Shown here in pieces: positions 51,619 through 62,728 of a stretch of 64,000 bases of DNA. Below the pieces are notes generated by a model that saw nothing but the letters and a program-made list of their open reading frames with translations, had not been told where the DNA came from and made no database searches. The first letter of the stretch is position 1, and every line of letters starts with the position of its first letter. Where the stretch lies: NCBI GenBank assembly GCA_000708835.1, contig DF237251.1, positions 43,683 to 107,682 on the forward strand, in the 5' to 3' direction. Position numbers and translations under genes: made by a program. This DNA comes from Klebsormidium nitens (Eukaryota > Plantae > Klebsormidiophyceae).

Positions 51619-54600
51619 GCGACTCCTGGTGTACCCTGCACAATGCTCTCCCGCTGTCAACCATAAAAGCAATCGTGGCAAGCGCGGCGCGGGGCTTTCT
51701 CACGAAGTCGAAGAGAGGCCGTCGCATCTTCAGGAAGGTGGCGGGAGGCGTGTGCGGGCGCGCCAAAGATCAGCTTGGGCCTGACGGCCTGCGCTGGACG
51801 AAGGCGGCCTGGGTAGGGGGCCTGCGCGCGGCCATGGCTGGGCTTGAGGCGCTCGCGGGCACTCCTGATGCAGGCCTGCAACAAGGCTTCAAGGAGGTCC
51901 TGACTTCGATCGCGCAGGCCCACTTGGAGGGGTTGCAGCAGCAAGCCAGCGCTCCCTGCAGAGGTCACAGGACGTCCACAAGCCCAGCGCCTGCGAGCCC
52001 AGCGGCCGTGAGCCAGAGCCGGGCCCCAGCTGGTGGCACATCCAGGAAAGCGAGGAAAGCGCGGGAGGAGCTTGCCAGCTACCTCTTTGGGGACAAGGGT
52101 GAGTAGCGCCACCTTGATCGGGCCAGCTCCATTGAAGCACCTGCCCGGGCCTTTGCGAGAGTCTGCTACAGGGCTTTTGGGACTACTCATGCTCTAGGGT
52201 CAGGACTTACGAGCTCGAGTGTGTGAACAGGCATATGAGAAGGCGAGACTTCTATGCCTACTCGAGTCAATCAGAGCTTCACATGTGTTCCGTTCCTGAG
52301 CCCAACTCTTCGTGCTTTCTCTTCCAGTGCCACACGGCCTCCTCTGCGGAGAATGCAGCAATCCCGCGACCTTTGGGGTGCGCGGGGGCAAGGAAGGGGG
52401 CAACCTCAAGTGCTTCTGCGGACTGCATCGCCCGTTCAAAAGCTGCTTCCAGATTGAGACGGCACGGGCAGGTGAATTCTGATTGTGCCAGCGCACCGTG
52501 GCCTTTGCATCGGACACTTGGCTCTTGATTCTGTCGGCCGCGACCTGTGGCATCGTGCAAATGTGCAAACTGTAGATATACAGGCATGTGGGGTGTCGCC
52601 AGCAAGCCTGTAAATGTCCTGCATGTGACATCTGCTTTGTGCCGTGTTTTTCAGAGTGTTTTTCAGAGTGGGCACGTGCTCGTGAAGTGTACAAGTTGAA
52701 GACGGAGTTCAAGCAAGCGCTTGATGAGGAAGCGGAGCGCGAGAAGTAGGGATGGTGAGGTTTTCGTGGGAAAAGAGCAATTCGGCTCTTGCTCGTTCAT
52801 CCTTAGATCCAGCTTGCTATCCGACTCCAATCAATATCTCTGCCTTCTGTACTTTGCTTGGTCTTGCTCAAGTTCCTTGAAAGCTCACCTCTTCGATGTC
52901 TCTCTGAGAGTATTATGTCGAGCTTGGGTCGTGCTCACACCTTTAGGCCGCTATGAACCTCGCGTGCTCACGTGCCCACTCAACCCGTTTGCTTCTCTTC
53001 CACAGCATGCGATGAATACCAGCATGACAACTTCTGGTGGGATACGACTCCAAAAAGCAGGCTCATCATTGGTGCCTCATTGGGAAGTTGTCGTCTGGTG
53101 ACAAGGTGTGGTCCTTGACCGGTTGCATGGCCGGTCGGACTCTCTGGACCACACCTTGCACATGGCTTTGGAGTGCTGAGAGCGAGTTTCCTTATGATTA
53201 TTGACAAGGTGTGGTCCAAGGCCGAACCTGCTTGCCACATTCTTCTAAACGGCCTGTACGGCGGGTCCGACTCACTGAAAAGTTGGACCACACCTTGCAG
53301 ATGGCTCTTGCTAGCAAAAGAACAGACTTCCTAAGAATCATTGACAAGGTGTGGTCCATGACCGGATGGCCGGTCTGACTTGCCGGACCACACCTTGCAC
53401 ATGGCCTTACAGTGCTGAGAGCGGGTTTCCTTATAATCATTGACAAGGTGTGGTCCTCTGGACAAACGCGTGCATGCCACTTGCTTCTTTATGACCCGGA
53501 TGGTCGGTTTGGCTTGCTTGACCATCATTCGCATTCATTTTGCAGCAAAGCTACTGCTGATCGGTGGAGTCGAGAGCAACCCCGGCTGGCCAGCGTCCAA
53601 GTCACAGTGGAACGAGGATAAGGACTTACCTGTCCTTGATGTCGGCCCTCGTCGTCAGCTTGTGATCTTGCCCTCTCGAGAGGTGAGGACAAGCCCATGC
53701 CGACTCAACAACTTGCAGCACGCGTCTGTGACAGCTCATAACTCACGAGCGCAGTGCTCTGCTTCAAAGCGTTGCTTGAGAGTATCAGAGATTATGCTGA
53801 TTTTGGAAAGAGGGCGTCATCTGAACTCGTATACCTGAGCCGAAACCTAGTGGTACTCAGGACGAGAAGCTGTTGTGCAGGATGTCGAACGGAGCTGGCG
53901 GCCCGCATCTGCTCAGCACGCTGTTCAGCGTGATATTGAGGCGTTTGAGAAGTGGCGCAAGCATGCGGAGCTCTACAAGCAGGTGAGCGGCTGTTACAGT
54001 CAAGGCGCATAGGCATGACACAGTGATCGAACACGATTCTCAGCGCTCGTCTTTGGCCACTCATTGCTCTTCCAATAAGCACGAGTATCACTTTCGAAGA
54101 CTCTTTGCAAGTCAATCGAGAAGGACAGCGGATCCGCCAATACTCCGCCACCCAGAAAGCTGCGCACAGCACCCCGTTCAGCTTAGGCATTTTGTTTGAC
54201 CTGTTGACCTCTCCACATTTCAGGTGGACGCCAGCCGTGCGGATTCGGAGGGAGACATTGCCGCACGAGCATCTGACCACGTGGTCCCCGGGGCCATCGA
54301 AAGGCTGGGGTCCACGGAAGGGATGCCGAGTGCGGCTGAGGTTTTGCTTCAGAGAGAGCTCAGTCATCAGGACAGGATAGAAGACGGTCTTCTGACTGCC
54401 CTGGTAAGTTTCGAATCCTCGTTTCATTGCTCTAGCACCGTGTCAGGGAGTTGTTACAAATGCATCTCCCTTGACTTGCAGAGCCAAGTATTTTGTGTCT
54501 TTTTAAAGGGAAGTCGAAGTGCTGAAGGGCCAAAGAACCGTGCCAAAACAGCCTACAGTCTTCATAATCTTATCAAGAAGCGAAGGCCAGCCTTTCGTTT

Positions 54601-57600
54601 TGACTGGATCTGCTGCGCATCTGATCAGATGCACGGATCAGATCAGGCGACGATGCACAATCAGTGAAGTGCTGCAACGTGTCTCTCCCCGTCCTGGTTG
54701 TAGGATCACATTGGGGATGGAATTGTGGTGATGCGCTCATCATACTCTGACCGAATGTCACTTATCGTCTTTTCAGGTGGAAGACAATGGAGTGGATGCA
54801 GAGGACCGGCGATCTACTTCGATGAGAGGGATCGCGGGCATTGCAGTCGAGAACGTGGTTTGCGGCACCACAACAGAGGTGAGAAGTGACCGGAGCGCGG
54901 TCAAGCTATATAAGTTGCACGCATCTCCACATTTGGGCAGCGCCACACAGATCCCCTCTCGGATTTTCGTTCCCTTCTCGTTCTAGAAAGCGGTCTATTA
55001 GAGTTCTGCTTTTTGGGCAAGAATTGCATTAAGCAATGCTACCGTGCTCAGATTTGGAGCTGCTGTGATGCTTCTCAGGCAGTGACTGGAGAGAAGATTG
55101 TTGAACTCGTCTACTGTTTCTCGCATGTCTCTTTTAATAGCGTGACCTTTTCGAATGGGGTTGGCTCCAGATGGTCGGATGCCACCGCTACAAGGAAAAA
55201 ATCCGAGATTTTCTGGACCGCATCAGCAGTTTGTCCGACGGCCTGTCTTGCTTCCACAGAATGCACTCGGCCCTGATTTGCATAAGGACGTCTCTTGGTC
55301 ATTCGCTGACGAAATCCCCATCTCTTGTCCAGGAAAGCGGCGGCAACCAGCTGTCGGCGACAAGTGCGGCCAGCGCATCCGGTTCCATGCGGTCAAGATC
55401 CGAAGAAGAGGGCGAGGACATTGAGGGGGCGGAGTTTGAGAGCATGGGCGAATCTTCGGACGAGGAGACATCCCAAGATCGAGACATGATCGACGACAAA
55501 AGCCAGGACGAGGAGAACCTGGTTATTGCCCGAGGCAGAATGCGCGCGGCCCAGGAGTCCGACTCCGAGGTGGACGTTTCTCAGCTTCTGGGTCGGCGCT
55601 TCAAGCTGCGAGCGCCGGGACAGGCGACGAAAATGATCCAAGCCGCTTCCCCGCCCTCACGATCGGAGTCCTCTGCCGAGTCCGGCTCTTCCGCGAGCCA
55701 CGGGCGATGCGCGGGGGCCCTGGCTGATCGGCAGCTGGCGCCGACCGCAATGGAAACGGATTCCGAGTCGGACGAGCTTCCCGTGCGCCGTAAGCGCCTA
55801 GTTTCCGATGGGGCAACCCGCTCTCCACAAACCAGGCGGCGCCGCTGGGTGCTGCTCTCATCATCGGAGTCCTCGGGTGAGAACGGCAACGTCTGGGCAA
55901 GGCAGAGCGATGCTGCTGGGTTGGACGAGGAAGTGCAGCAGAGGGGGGGCAATGAGCCCGTGCCTGGTGACAGTGCCAGCTCCGATGATCCGCCAGAGCT
56001 TGAAGACGATGGCTCTCTGGACGAAGTGGACTTTGGGGAGGAGTTTACGAATCTGTGCGTGATCGTGCCGCGTCTGCGGCAAGCGACCATTAGTCAGGTG
56101 AGCGCCATTTTAATCTGGATATTCTGCTGGAGTTCGGGCCATCCGCGAGGTGTGGTCCGGTCAGTTAGGCCGCCGGTAAGTTGGACCAGCCTTCCCTCCC
56201 ATCAAGTAAGCAAATGGCGGGCACTCTAAGCACTGGACCACACCTTCTCNNNNNNNNNNNNNNNNNNNNNNNNNNNNNNNNNNNNNNNNNNNNNNNNNNN
56301 NNNNNNNNNNNNNNNNNNNNNNNNNNNNNNNNNNNNNNNNNNNNNNNNNNNNNNNNNNNNNNNNNNNNNNNNNNNNNNNNNNNNNNNNNNNNNNNNNNNN
56401 NNNNNNNNNNNNNNNNNNNNNNNNNNNNNNNNNNNNNNNNNNNNNNNNNNNNNNNNNNNNNNNNNNNNNNNNNNNNNNNNNNNNNNNNNNNNNNNNNNNN
56501 NNNNNNNNNNNNNNNNNNNNNNNNNNNNNNNNNNNNNNNNNNNNNNNNNNNNNNNNNNNNNNNNNNNNNNNNNNNNNNNNNNNNNNNNNNNNNNNNNNNN
56601 NNNNNNNNNNNNNNNNNNNNNNNNNNNNNNNNNNNNNNNNNNNNNNNNNNCCCGTTAAGTAAGCAAATGGCGGGCACTCTCAGCAGTGGACGACACCCTT
56701 TGGACCACACCCTGTCAATGATTCTTTAGGAAGCCTCCTGTTTTGCAAGGAAGAGTCGTATGCAAGGTGTGGGCCAGTGAACTTGGTGTCGTAGCCCATG
56801 ATGCGATGCCCTTTGAGAGTTGGGCGTTCCCCTAAGTAACTGCGATGCCGCTCTGAACCAAGCGAGCGCTTGGTGCTCGGATGCAGGAGCTCGCAGGGCG
56901 CGATGGGTTTATTGTGGGCGGAAAGAGCTCCCAGACGCCCGTCGGTACCAGGATGCGGACCGGAGGCCCGTCCACTGTGGTGAGCAGCTGCGCAACTCGA
57001 GTTCGCTGCCATATGTGCAACACTGCCTCTGAAAGAGCATTTCAGTGCCGGGTGCTTGTGTGCAACTGGTGGGGAGCGAGAAGCATCGGCCCTGCTTTCA
57101 GTAGAGCATTGGAATTGAAAGCCTCTCCTCGTGTTCAATAGAAAGTGCCAAGCATCTAGAGCCCGATTGGCTGAGGCGCACACGCGTTTCCCTTCCTTGA
57201 AGGTTGCTCAGCGAGACCAACTCTGTGCTTGTAAAGAGTCGCTCTGTCCTTTTTTCGAAAACACCACCTTGACGTGGTTCACTGGCAAGCAGTCTTGTGA
57301 TCATCTGGGTTCTGAAGGCTCTCAGGCTGGTAATCGTGTCCCTTGTCTGCATGTGCGCAGGCAGGAGGCGATGGTCGGGACGCGGCCCAGCATGTGAGAG
57401 ACACCCGCGTTGCAGAGCTCGCCGAGCCTCAGGCCGTGGACGCGGCTCCAATCGTGCAAGTAAGCGTTCAAATATCGTGTTCCATCATTATTCAGAGAGG
57501 ACCGGAATTGAAAGATCATGGAAGCCATTCGAAAGGTTTTCCGACCAGATGTTGCGCCACTTGTGCGGAGTTGACCAGTCCGTTTGCCTCTGGTCGTTCA

Positions 57601-60600
57601 AACAAGCAAGTACGCCGTATGAAAACACGGCAAGTCCGGTTCCGGGATCACAAGGTCAACAAGTAAGCATCTCCATAGTACTCTCTGAGATCAATCGGCT
57701 CGTCCTGTTCTTCCTCTTCGTCGAAGTAACGCACATCGAGGCCTTCGGGATCTGTATCCAAGATAGATCGGATGTATTGCTCGACCGAGGTTCTGTCAAA
57801 GTCTTCAAAGCCGCCAGCCTCGGTAAAGTCCTTCAACAAAGCCGGCCAATCCAGCTCGCTCGTGTCACCACATGTGCCCGACCAACAAAGGTCGTCGATT
57901 GCTTGCGTAGCTGCCACCAAGAACAGCCTCGCCCTTTCGCAAGTCTCCTGGTCAGTGCTGTCAAGCTTGAACAGATCTTGTACCAGCTCCGTCGTGATGG
58001 GCATTCCATTTGCGATGGTCATTCCAAGTGAGAACTTGTCTTTGTTGGACAGACCATTTTCCTAAGTGCAAGTTTAAGGAACCAACACAGCCGCATCTCA
58101 ACCTCGGCGGCCGGTGAAGAGGGCTCCCCGACCCCGTCAATACCTATCAGAGACTCGGTCTGCTTTGCATCATCTAAAGACACTTTGCTTTCAACTGTGC
58201 AGGTGGCTTCCTTCCGTCGGCTGTCGGAAGGGGAAGTTGCTGTCCACAGCGAGCACGACGGCAGGCTGCTGACGACGAGAACGAGGGTGCTGGGCACCTT
58301 CTTCTTCGCAAAGCGCAAGTTCACGAGGGAGCCCGTCGACTACCGAGATTCGAAGGACGGGCCCCAAGGCTTCTGCAGGCGGTACGGAGAGGTCCTCGGC
58401 CACCGGGTGGAAGTCCGGCGCCTGTGCCCCTCCCGCGAGTTCGGTTCCTATCCCGACTGGCCCACGGCATACCCTAACCTGCGCGGGCAGCGCCACCTGG
58501 AGGAGGCGATCAAGGCGGGGTGCCCATGCAAGCCCTACCTTGACCTAGAGCGGGACGGGGGTTTGGCGGAAGGGGAGACGCTCGAGACGGTCATCCAGGC
58601 CTTTGAAGCGGCCATCAAGGACATCTTCCGGGAGGACTACAACATCGAGCTGCCCCCCAATTCCTTCAACTGGCTCCCCTGTGACTACGGGCCCGGCGGC
58701 AAGTTCAGCTTGCACCTGGTGGTCTCGACCCACTCCCCCCAGTTCGTCTTCCACTCCAACCTGGCTGCACCCGCCGACCATCAGGGCGCGGGGCACCTCG
58801 CCAAGGAGCTCGCCCGACGCCTGCCCCCGCGGTACGCCGAGCTCATCGACCAGTCGGTGTACACCAGGAACCGGGGGATCCGGCTCCCGTACTGTTCAAA
58901 GCTCGCAACCCCTCGCAGCCGCCTCATCCCCTTGGACGAGAGCAAGCCAAACGCCGATGCGTGCATCACTTGGCTGGACGAACACGTCCAGATCAATCAA
59001 GTGCCGACCAGCCTGCCGGACGCTGTAGCCGAGCCCCGACGCCCCCGTACCAGGCCCGAGCACTTTCGGTACCAGAACGCCACGACAGCGAGCGCGTACA
59101 CGGCCCAGAGGTGTACGGAGCTGGTCCAGACCCTGCATCCGACAGCGTACCGCAGGGGCTCCTTGTCAGCGAGCTCTCTGAACTTTAGCTGGCACGACCG
59201 GAATGAGCCGTGCTATTCGGGCAACGTTCACGAGGGCTCGCGGGACATCCTCGTCATCGCCGATCCCAAGCGTAACGCTGTCTTCGCCAAGTGTGATAGC
59301 GCGCGCCTGGATGCGGGGACGGGTTTGTGCTGCAAGGAGCTGCCGGCGCGGTACCTGGGCCCGTTCTACGCGGACGTCAAGACTTGGAAGGATGGGGCGG
59401 TGGAGGTGAACATGCGGTACCTGGAGCGGAAGCCGCTGGCTGCGGCGCCCATGGACCTGCAGCTGATTCGCGGCGGGTTCCGGGACCTGACGGACATGGT
59501 CGTGTTCAATGACGTTCTGAACAAGTGAGTGTCAGCGCTTTGTTTGTAGACAAGATCAGCCACATCAAGGACCGCCAGTCTTGCATAACTTTTGCCAGTG
59601 CGTATGCGAACTCTGCGCGTGGTCTGTGAGCGAAACCTTGAAGTGTAGATTGGACAAATCCAACAGAAACAGGCCCCATTCTTTGGATTTTGAGGCCGTT
59701 CAAGATGTGGTCCGGACAGCTAGTGTTTGGACATCCAAGTGTGGACCACACCTTGCCAATATCTCATAGGAACCCTGCTCTTTTCATTCTTAGGCCGAGC
59801 CAGATGTGGGGTGAGGGTCAGCCAGCCCTAAGTCAGTCTAGCCGTTCGAAAGCCCATGGCGAGCAGGGTTTGGTCTTGGACCACACCCTGTCGATGTTAT
59901 TTAGGAACTTGCCTTTTGCTAGAGGAAGTCTTTCACAAGGTGTGGTTCAGCCAGTCGTAAGGCAGGCCAGCCATCTGGCCTTTCAGAAGCATGTTGCGAG
60001 CAGTTCTGATTGACTGGACCGCACTTTGTCAATGATTCTTAGGAACCGTTAGAAAGAGTCTTACCCAAGGTGTGGTCCAGCCCGTGCGTAGATCAGACCG
60101 GCCATTTAGGCCGTTGAAAAACATGGGGCAATCAGTCCTGGTTAACTGGACCACACCCTAACAATGTTTGTAAAGGATCCCCCTCTTTTCTGAGCCGAGC
60201 TTTGTGCAAGGTGTGGTCCAGTCTCGTGTGATGCTTCTGGATTGGCTTCTTTCTTGGTGGTAGTGTGAGCCGCTTTTCAAGGCAGATCGACACTGAGGAA
60301 GGATGTTGCAGGTCAAGGCTTTTGCAAATGGGACAACACAGTCGCCTTGGCTGTGCAATTGGACCCACATGTTTACTTTCAGCTGGCTCATGCCAAAGCG
60401 ACTCCTTTTTGCAGGTGGCAGGCTGGCCGCTACAAGGCGGCGCTGATCCGAAGCCCCATGGACACCGCAAAGTCGACGACCACCCGGGCCATCATCCAAG
60501 AGCCCCCCCGACCAGAGACGGCCCTCGCGATCACCTATCGGCAAACACAAGCCAGCGATGCAGCCGGGAAGAACCCTGATTTCGCGCACTACGGCGAACT

Positions 60601-62533
60601 GAAAACGAAACGCGGGCGCGAGGTCGGGGAGCGCTTCATCGAGCCTCTCGCCGACAGGGAGCTCTACCCGCGCGTCATCTGCCAGGTCGACAGCCTTCCC
60701 AGGCTCCTCGGCGACCAGGCATGCGCTCCGGCCTTTGACCTGGTCATCCTCGACGAGAGCGAGTCAATCCTCGCGCACCTCTCGGCCGACACCCTCTCGT
60801 ATAGGCAGGTCATCATCCGGCTGATCGTCGAATTGCTTCGACGCGTGCGTCGAGTCATCTGCCTGGACGGGCATCTGGGGCAGCGAACCTTTGACTTCAT
60901 GACGCTGCACGGGATCCGCTGTTCCCCTATGATCATCAACAAGCACGTGCCAGAGCGGCCTCTCCAGTTTGAGTTCCTTGAGGGGCGAGCAGGGCTCCAA
61001 ATATGGGAAAGCGGAATCTTTGAGGCGCTCGAGGCCGGCCAAAACGTCTTTGCAGTCAGCATGTCGTCGGACAGGGCGCGGGACCTGGGCAGCGTGGTTG
61101 CAGAGCGGGGGCTTGTGGACGAGGGGCAGATTCTCGTCATCACGCGGCACTCTCACAGGGAGGTGAAGCGGGGCCTTGGAAACGTGAACGAGAGCTGGGC
61201 AAAGCGGCTCGTCATTATCAGTCCCACGGTGGAGGCAGGGGTGGACTTCAACCAGCCATGGTTCCACCGGATGTTCCTGTACATTTGCAGGAAAAGCACG
61301 CACCCGCGGGGGCTCGACCAGATGAAGGGGCGGGTCCGGCAGCTGGTCGACCCAATGGTCCTGTGCTTTGTCGGGAAGGGCATCAACTTGCCGACGACGG
61401 GGCCAGAGGGAAGCGCGTACAGGACGGTAATGGGGAAGAATGCTGGAAGGGTCCCGAGGCTGGGGGTCGAGGAAACGTACCAGTGGTTCCTTAACCGGGA
61501 TGAGAAGGTCGGAGCGGGGGTTTTCTGCGAGGGCGCAACCACCCGCCTGCTCGCGCACAACGAGAAGGAGCTATTCAATGGCCGGACGCACTTTTACGAG
61601 GAGTTCACGGAGCTGTTGGAGAGCGATGGCCACGTCGTGAGGGGGGTGCGAGTCCTGGACCCGGCCGTTGGGGGTGAGCCGGGCAGGGGGGAACAAAGTC
61701 GGGGCAAGTTTACGCTCGAGCAAATGATCGCCGCCTCTGACATCACGCCTGGTCAGTTCGCCGCCATCGAGGGTCGGGTCCGCAGGAACGAAGACTACCC
61801 GGGGGAGAGGGTGCAACTGAAGAAGTACCAGCTGGCACACTTCTACCGCGTGCGGCAGTTGGACGCCAACTTTCTGCGGACATTTGGCCCCTATCCGAAC
61901 CTTGCGGTCGAGTTCATCTTGCAGGTCGTTGTACCTCGGTACGAGTCCGACAGTGAGGAGATTGGGCGGCAAAGGTACGGCCCCCAAAAGGCCGAAATTG
62001 CAAAGGAGTTGCTGCAGGTGATGGGCTTTCCGCACCCCCTCGCCCACGAGCACGTCACCAGGCCCCTTGCAGAGTTGAGGGAGGAGCTGGCGGCCACCAG
62101 CTACTTCCGGGATTACTCTGAAACCGTGAAGCTGTTCCAGGCACGCGCCCTCCCAAACCAGGATGTCCTGGCAAAGCAAAAATCGGCCACGATCGCTCTG
62201 AACCACGTCTTTTCAGAGCTCGGGTTGCAGCTCGTGGCCATGCAAAACAGCCGATTGCCGCGGAACGCGCAGGGGCGAAGGGGTGCTCGTATTTATGGGG
62301 GGTGGAAAATGCTGCGGAAGCCAAAGACACGGACACGGCCAGTCGATGGGCCGGTAGGGGTAGATCTCATGGCCCAGCTCTTGAAGTTGCGACTCAAAGA
62401 TTCACCTGCTCTAAAGTCGCGAATCGTTCCCGCAGCATTGAGAGAGTACGTTGATGGGGTTCACTTCAGGTGGCCGGCGATGGTGAACCAGGATGACGAG
62501 TGTCAAATCGTAGTTAGGATGCCTAGATCGTAG
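51619..62533 (+). CDS. Large spliced gene (~1,850 aa, 5' end probably further upstream to ~50403): Cys/His finger - 2A-like motif - acidic region - AEP primase/Zn finger - UL9-like SF2 helicase
   Basis: Exons 51619-52098, 52328-52471, 53546-53682, 53881-53982, 54224-54403, 54777-54878, 55333-56097, 56887-56979, 57361-57459, 58203-59524, 60415-62533. All have YAG acceptors and GTRAG-like donors; phases 1,1,0,0,0,0,0,0,0,2 keep one open frame (5543 nt). Joining of the upstream exons is a prediction. Confidence 0.6.
53102..53456 (+). repeat. Palindromic-box repeat array, cluster 1 (intron 52472-53545)
   Basis: Full units GGACCACACCTTG-46/47 nt-CAAGGTGTGGTCC at 53146-53217, 53285-53357 and 53385-53456, plus a lone box at 53102-53114. 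Confidence 0.95.
56148..56775 (-). repeat. Palindromic-box repeat array, cluster 2 (intron 56098-56886), partly hidden by an assembly gap
   Basis: Boxes at ~56148-56158 and ~56235-56246, and a full reverse-oriented unit at 56702-56775. AAGTAAGCAAATGGCGGGCACTCT occurs on both sides of the N-gap. Confidence 0.85.
57648..58022 (-). CDS. Intronless 124-aa acidic ORF nested antisense in intron 57460-58202
   Basis: ATG at 58022 to TGA at 57648; helical, protein-like composition (ELDWPALLKDFTEAGGFEDFDRTSVEQYIRSILD). No family recognised. Confidence 0.5.
   Translation of the reverse strand: MTIANGMPITTELVQDLFKLDSTDQETCERARLFLVAATQAIDDLCWSGTCGDTSELDWPALLKDFTEAGGFEDFDRTSVEQYIRSILDTDPEGLDVRYFDEEEEQDEPIDLREYYGDAYLLTL
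58203..59524 (+). CDS. Exon encoding an archaeo-eukaryotic primase (PrimPol / herpes UL52 / NCLDV-type) plus C-terminal Zn-finger-like region
   Basis: Motif I KPYLDLERD, motif II KFSLHLVV, motif III IDQSVYTRNRGIRLPYCSK; Zn-ligand pattern EPC..VH..AKC..LCC. Confidence 0.9.
59701..60219 (-). repeat. Palindromic-box repeat array, cluster 3 (intron 59525-60414 between primase and helicase exons)
   Basis: Units at 59878-59948, 60016-60078 and 60148-60219, a degenerate unit from 59743, and a box at 59701-59713; period ~132-138 bp. Confidence 0.95.
60415..62533 (+). CDS. Exon encoding an SF2 helicase of the herpes UL9 / NCLDV replication-origin-binding family
   Basis: Walker A-like RSPMDTAKST, Walker B DLVILDESES, motif III VICLDGHL, motif V IISPTVEAGVDF, motif VI DQMKGRVRQL; long C-terminal region. 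Confidence 0.88.
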
Positions 62534-62728
62534 TTGGATAGACCACCTGAGATGCTCTAAGATAGAGGATCGAGTGCACTTTGAAATCACATGCGAATTG
62601 AATCATTGACGATGCGGGCTTCTCAATGTGCCCTATTGTGATGGTCAATGTGTCGCCCCTTCTTGGATGTGCTCATGTGAACGCTCTTCGAAGTGCGTGT
62701 ACGTGGGAAGCAAGTGACCTCTCCGGTT

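Noticed and set aside
52340-52354. LxCxE retinoblastoma-binding motif (LLCGE) in the island gene, with RBR in the same window
   Set aside because: A five-residue motif is expected by chance, and the Cys is more plausibly a zinc ligand. Physical linkage to RBR has no mechanistic meaning.
58185-62533. Helitron, Polinton or bacterial contaminant assignment for the primase-helicase
   Set aside because: No HUH-Rep/PIF1, PolB, integrase or capsid motifs were seen. Canonical spliceosomal introns and continuity with host genes argue against contamination.
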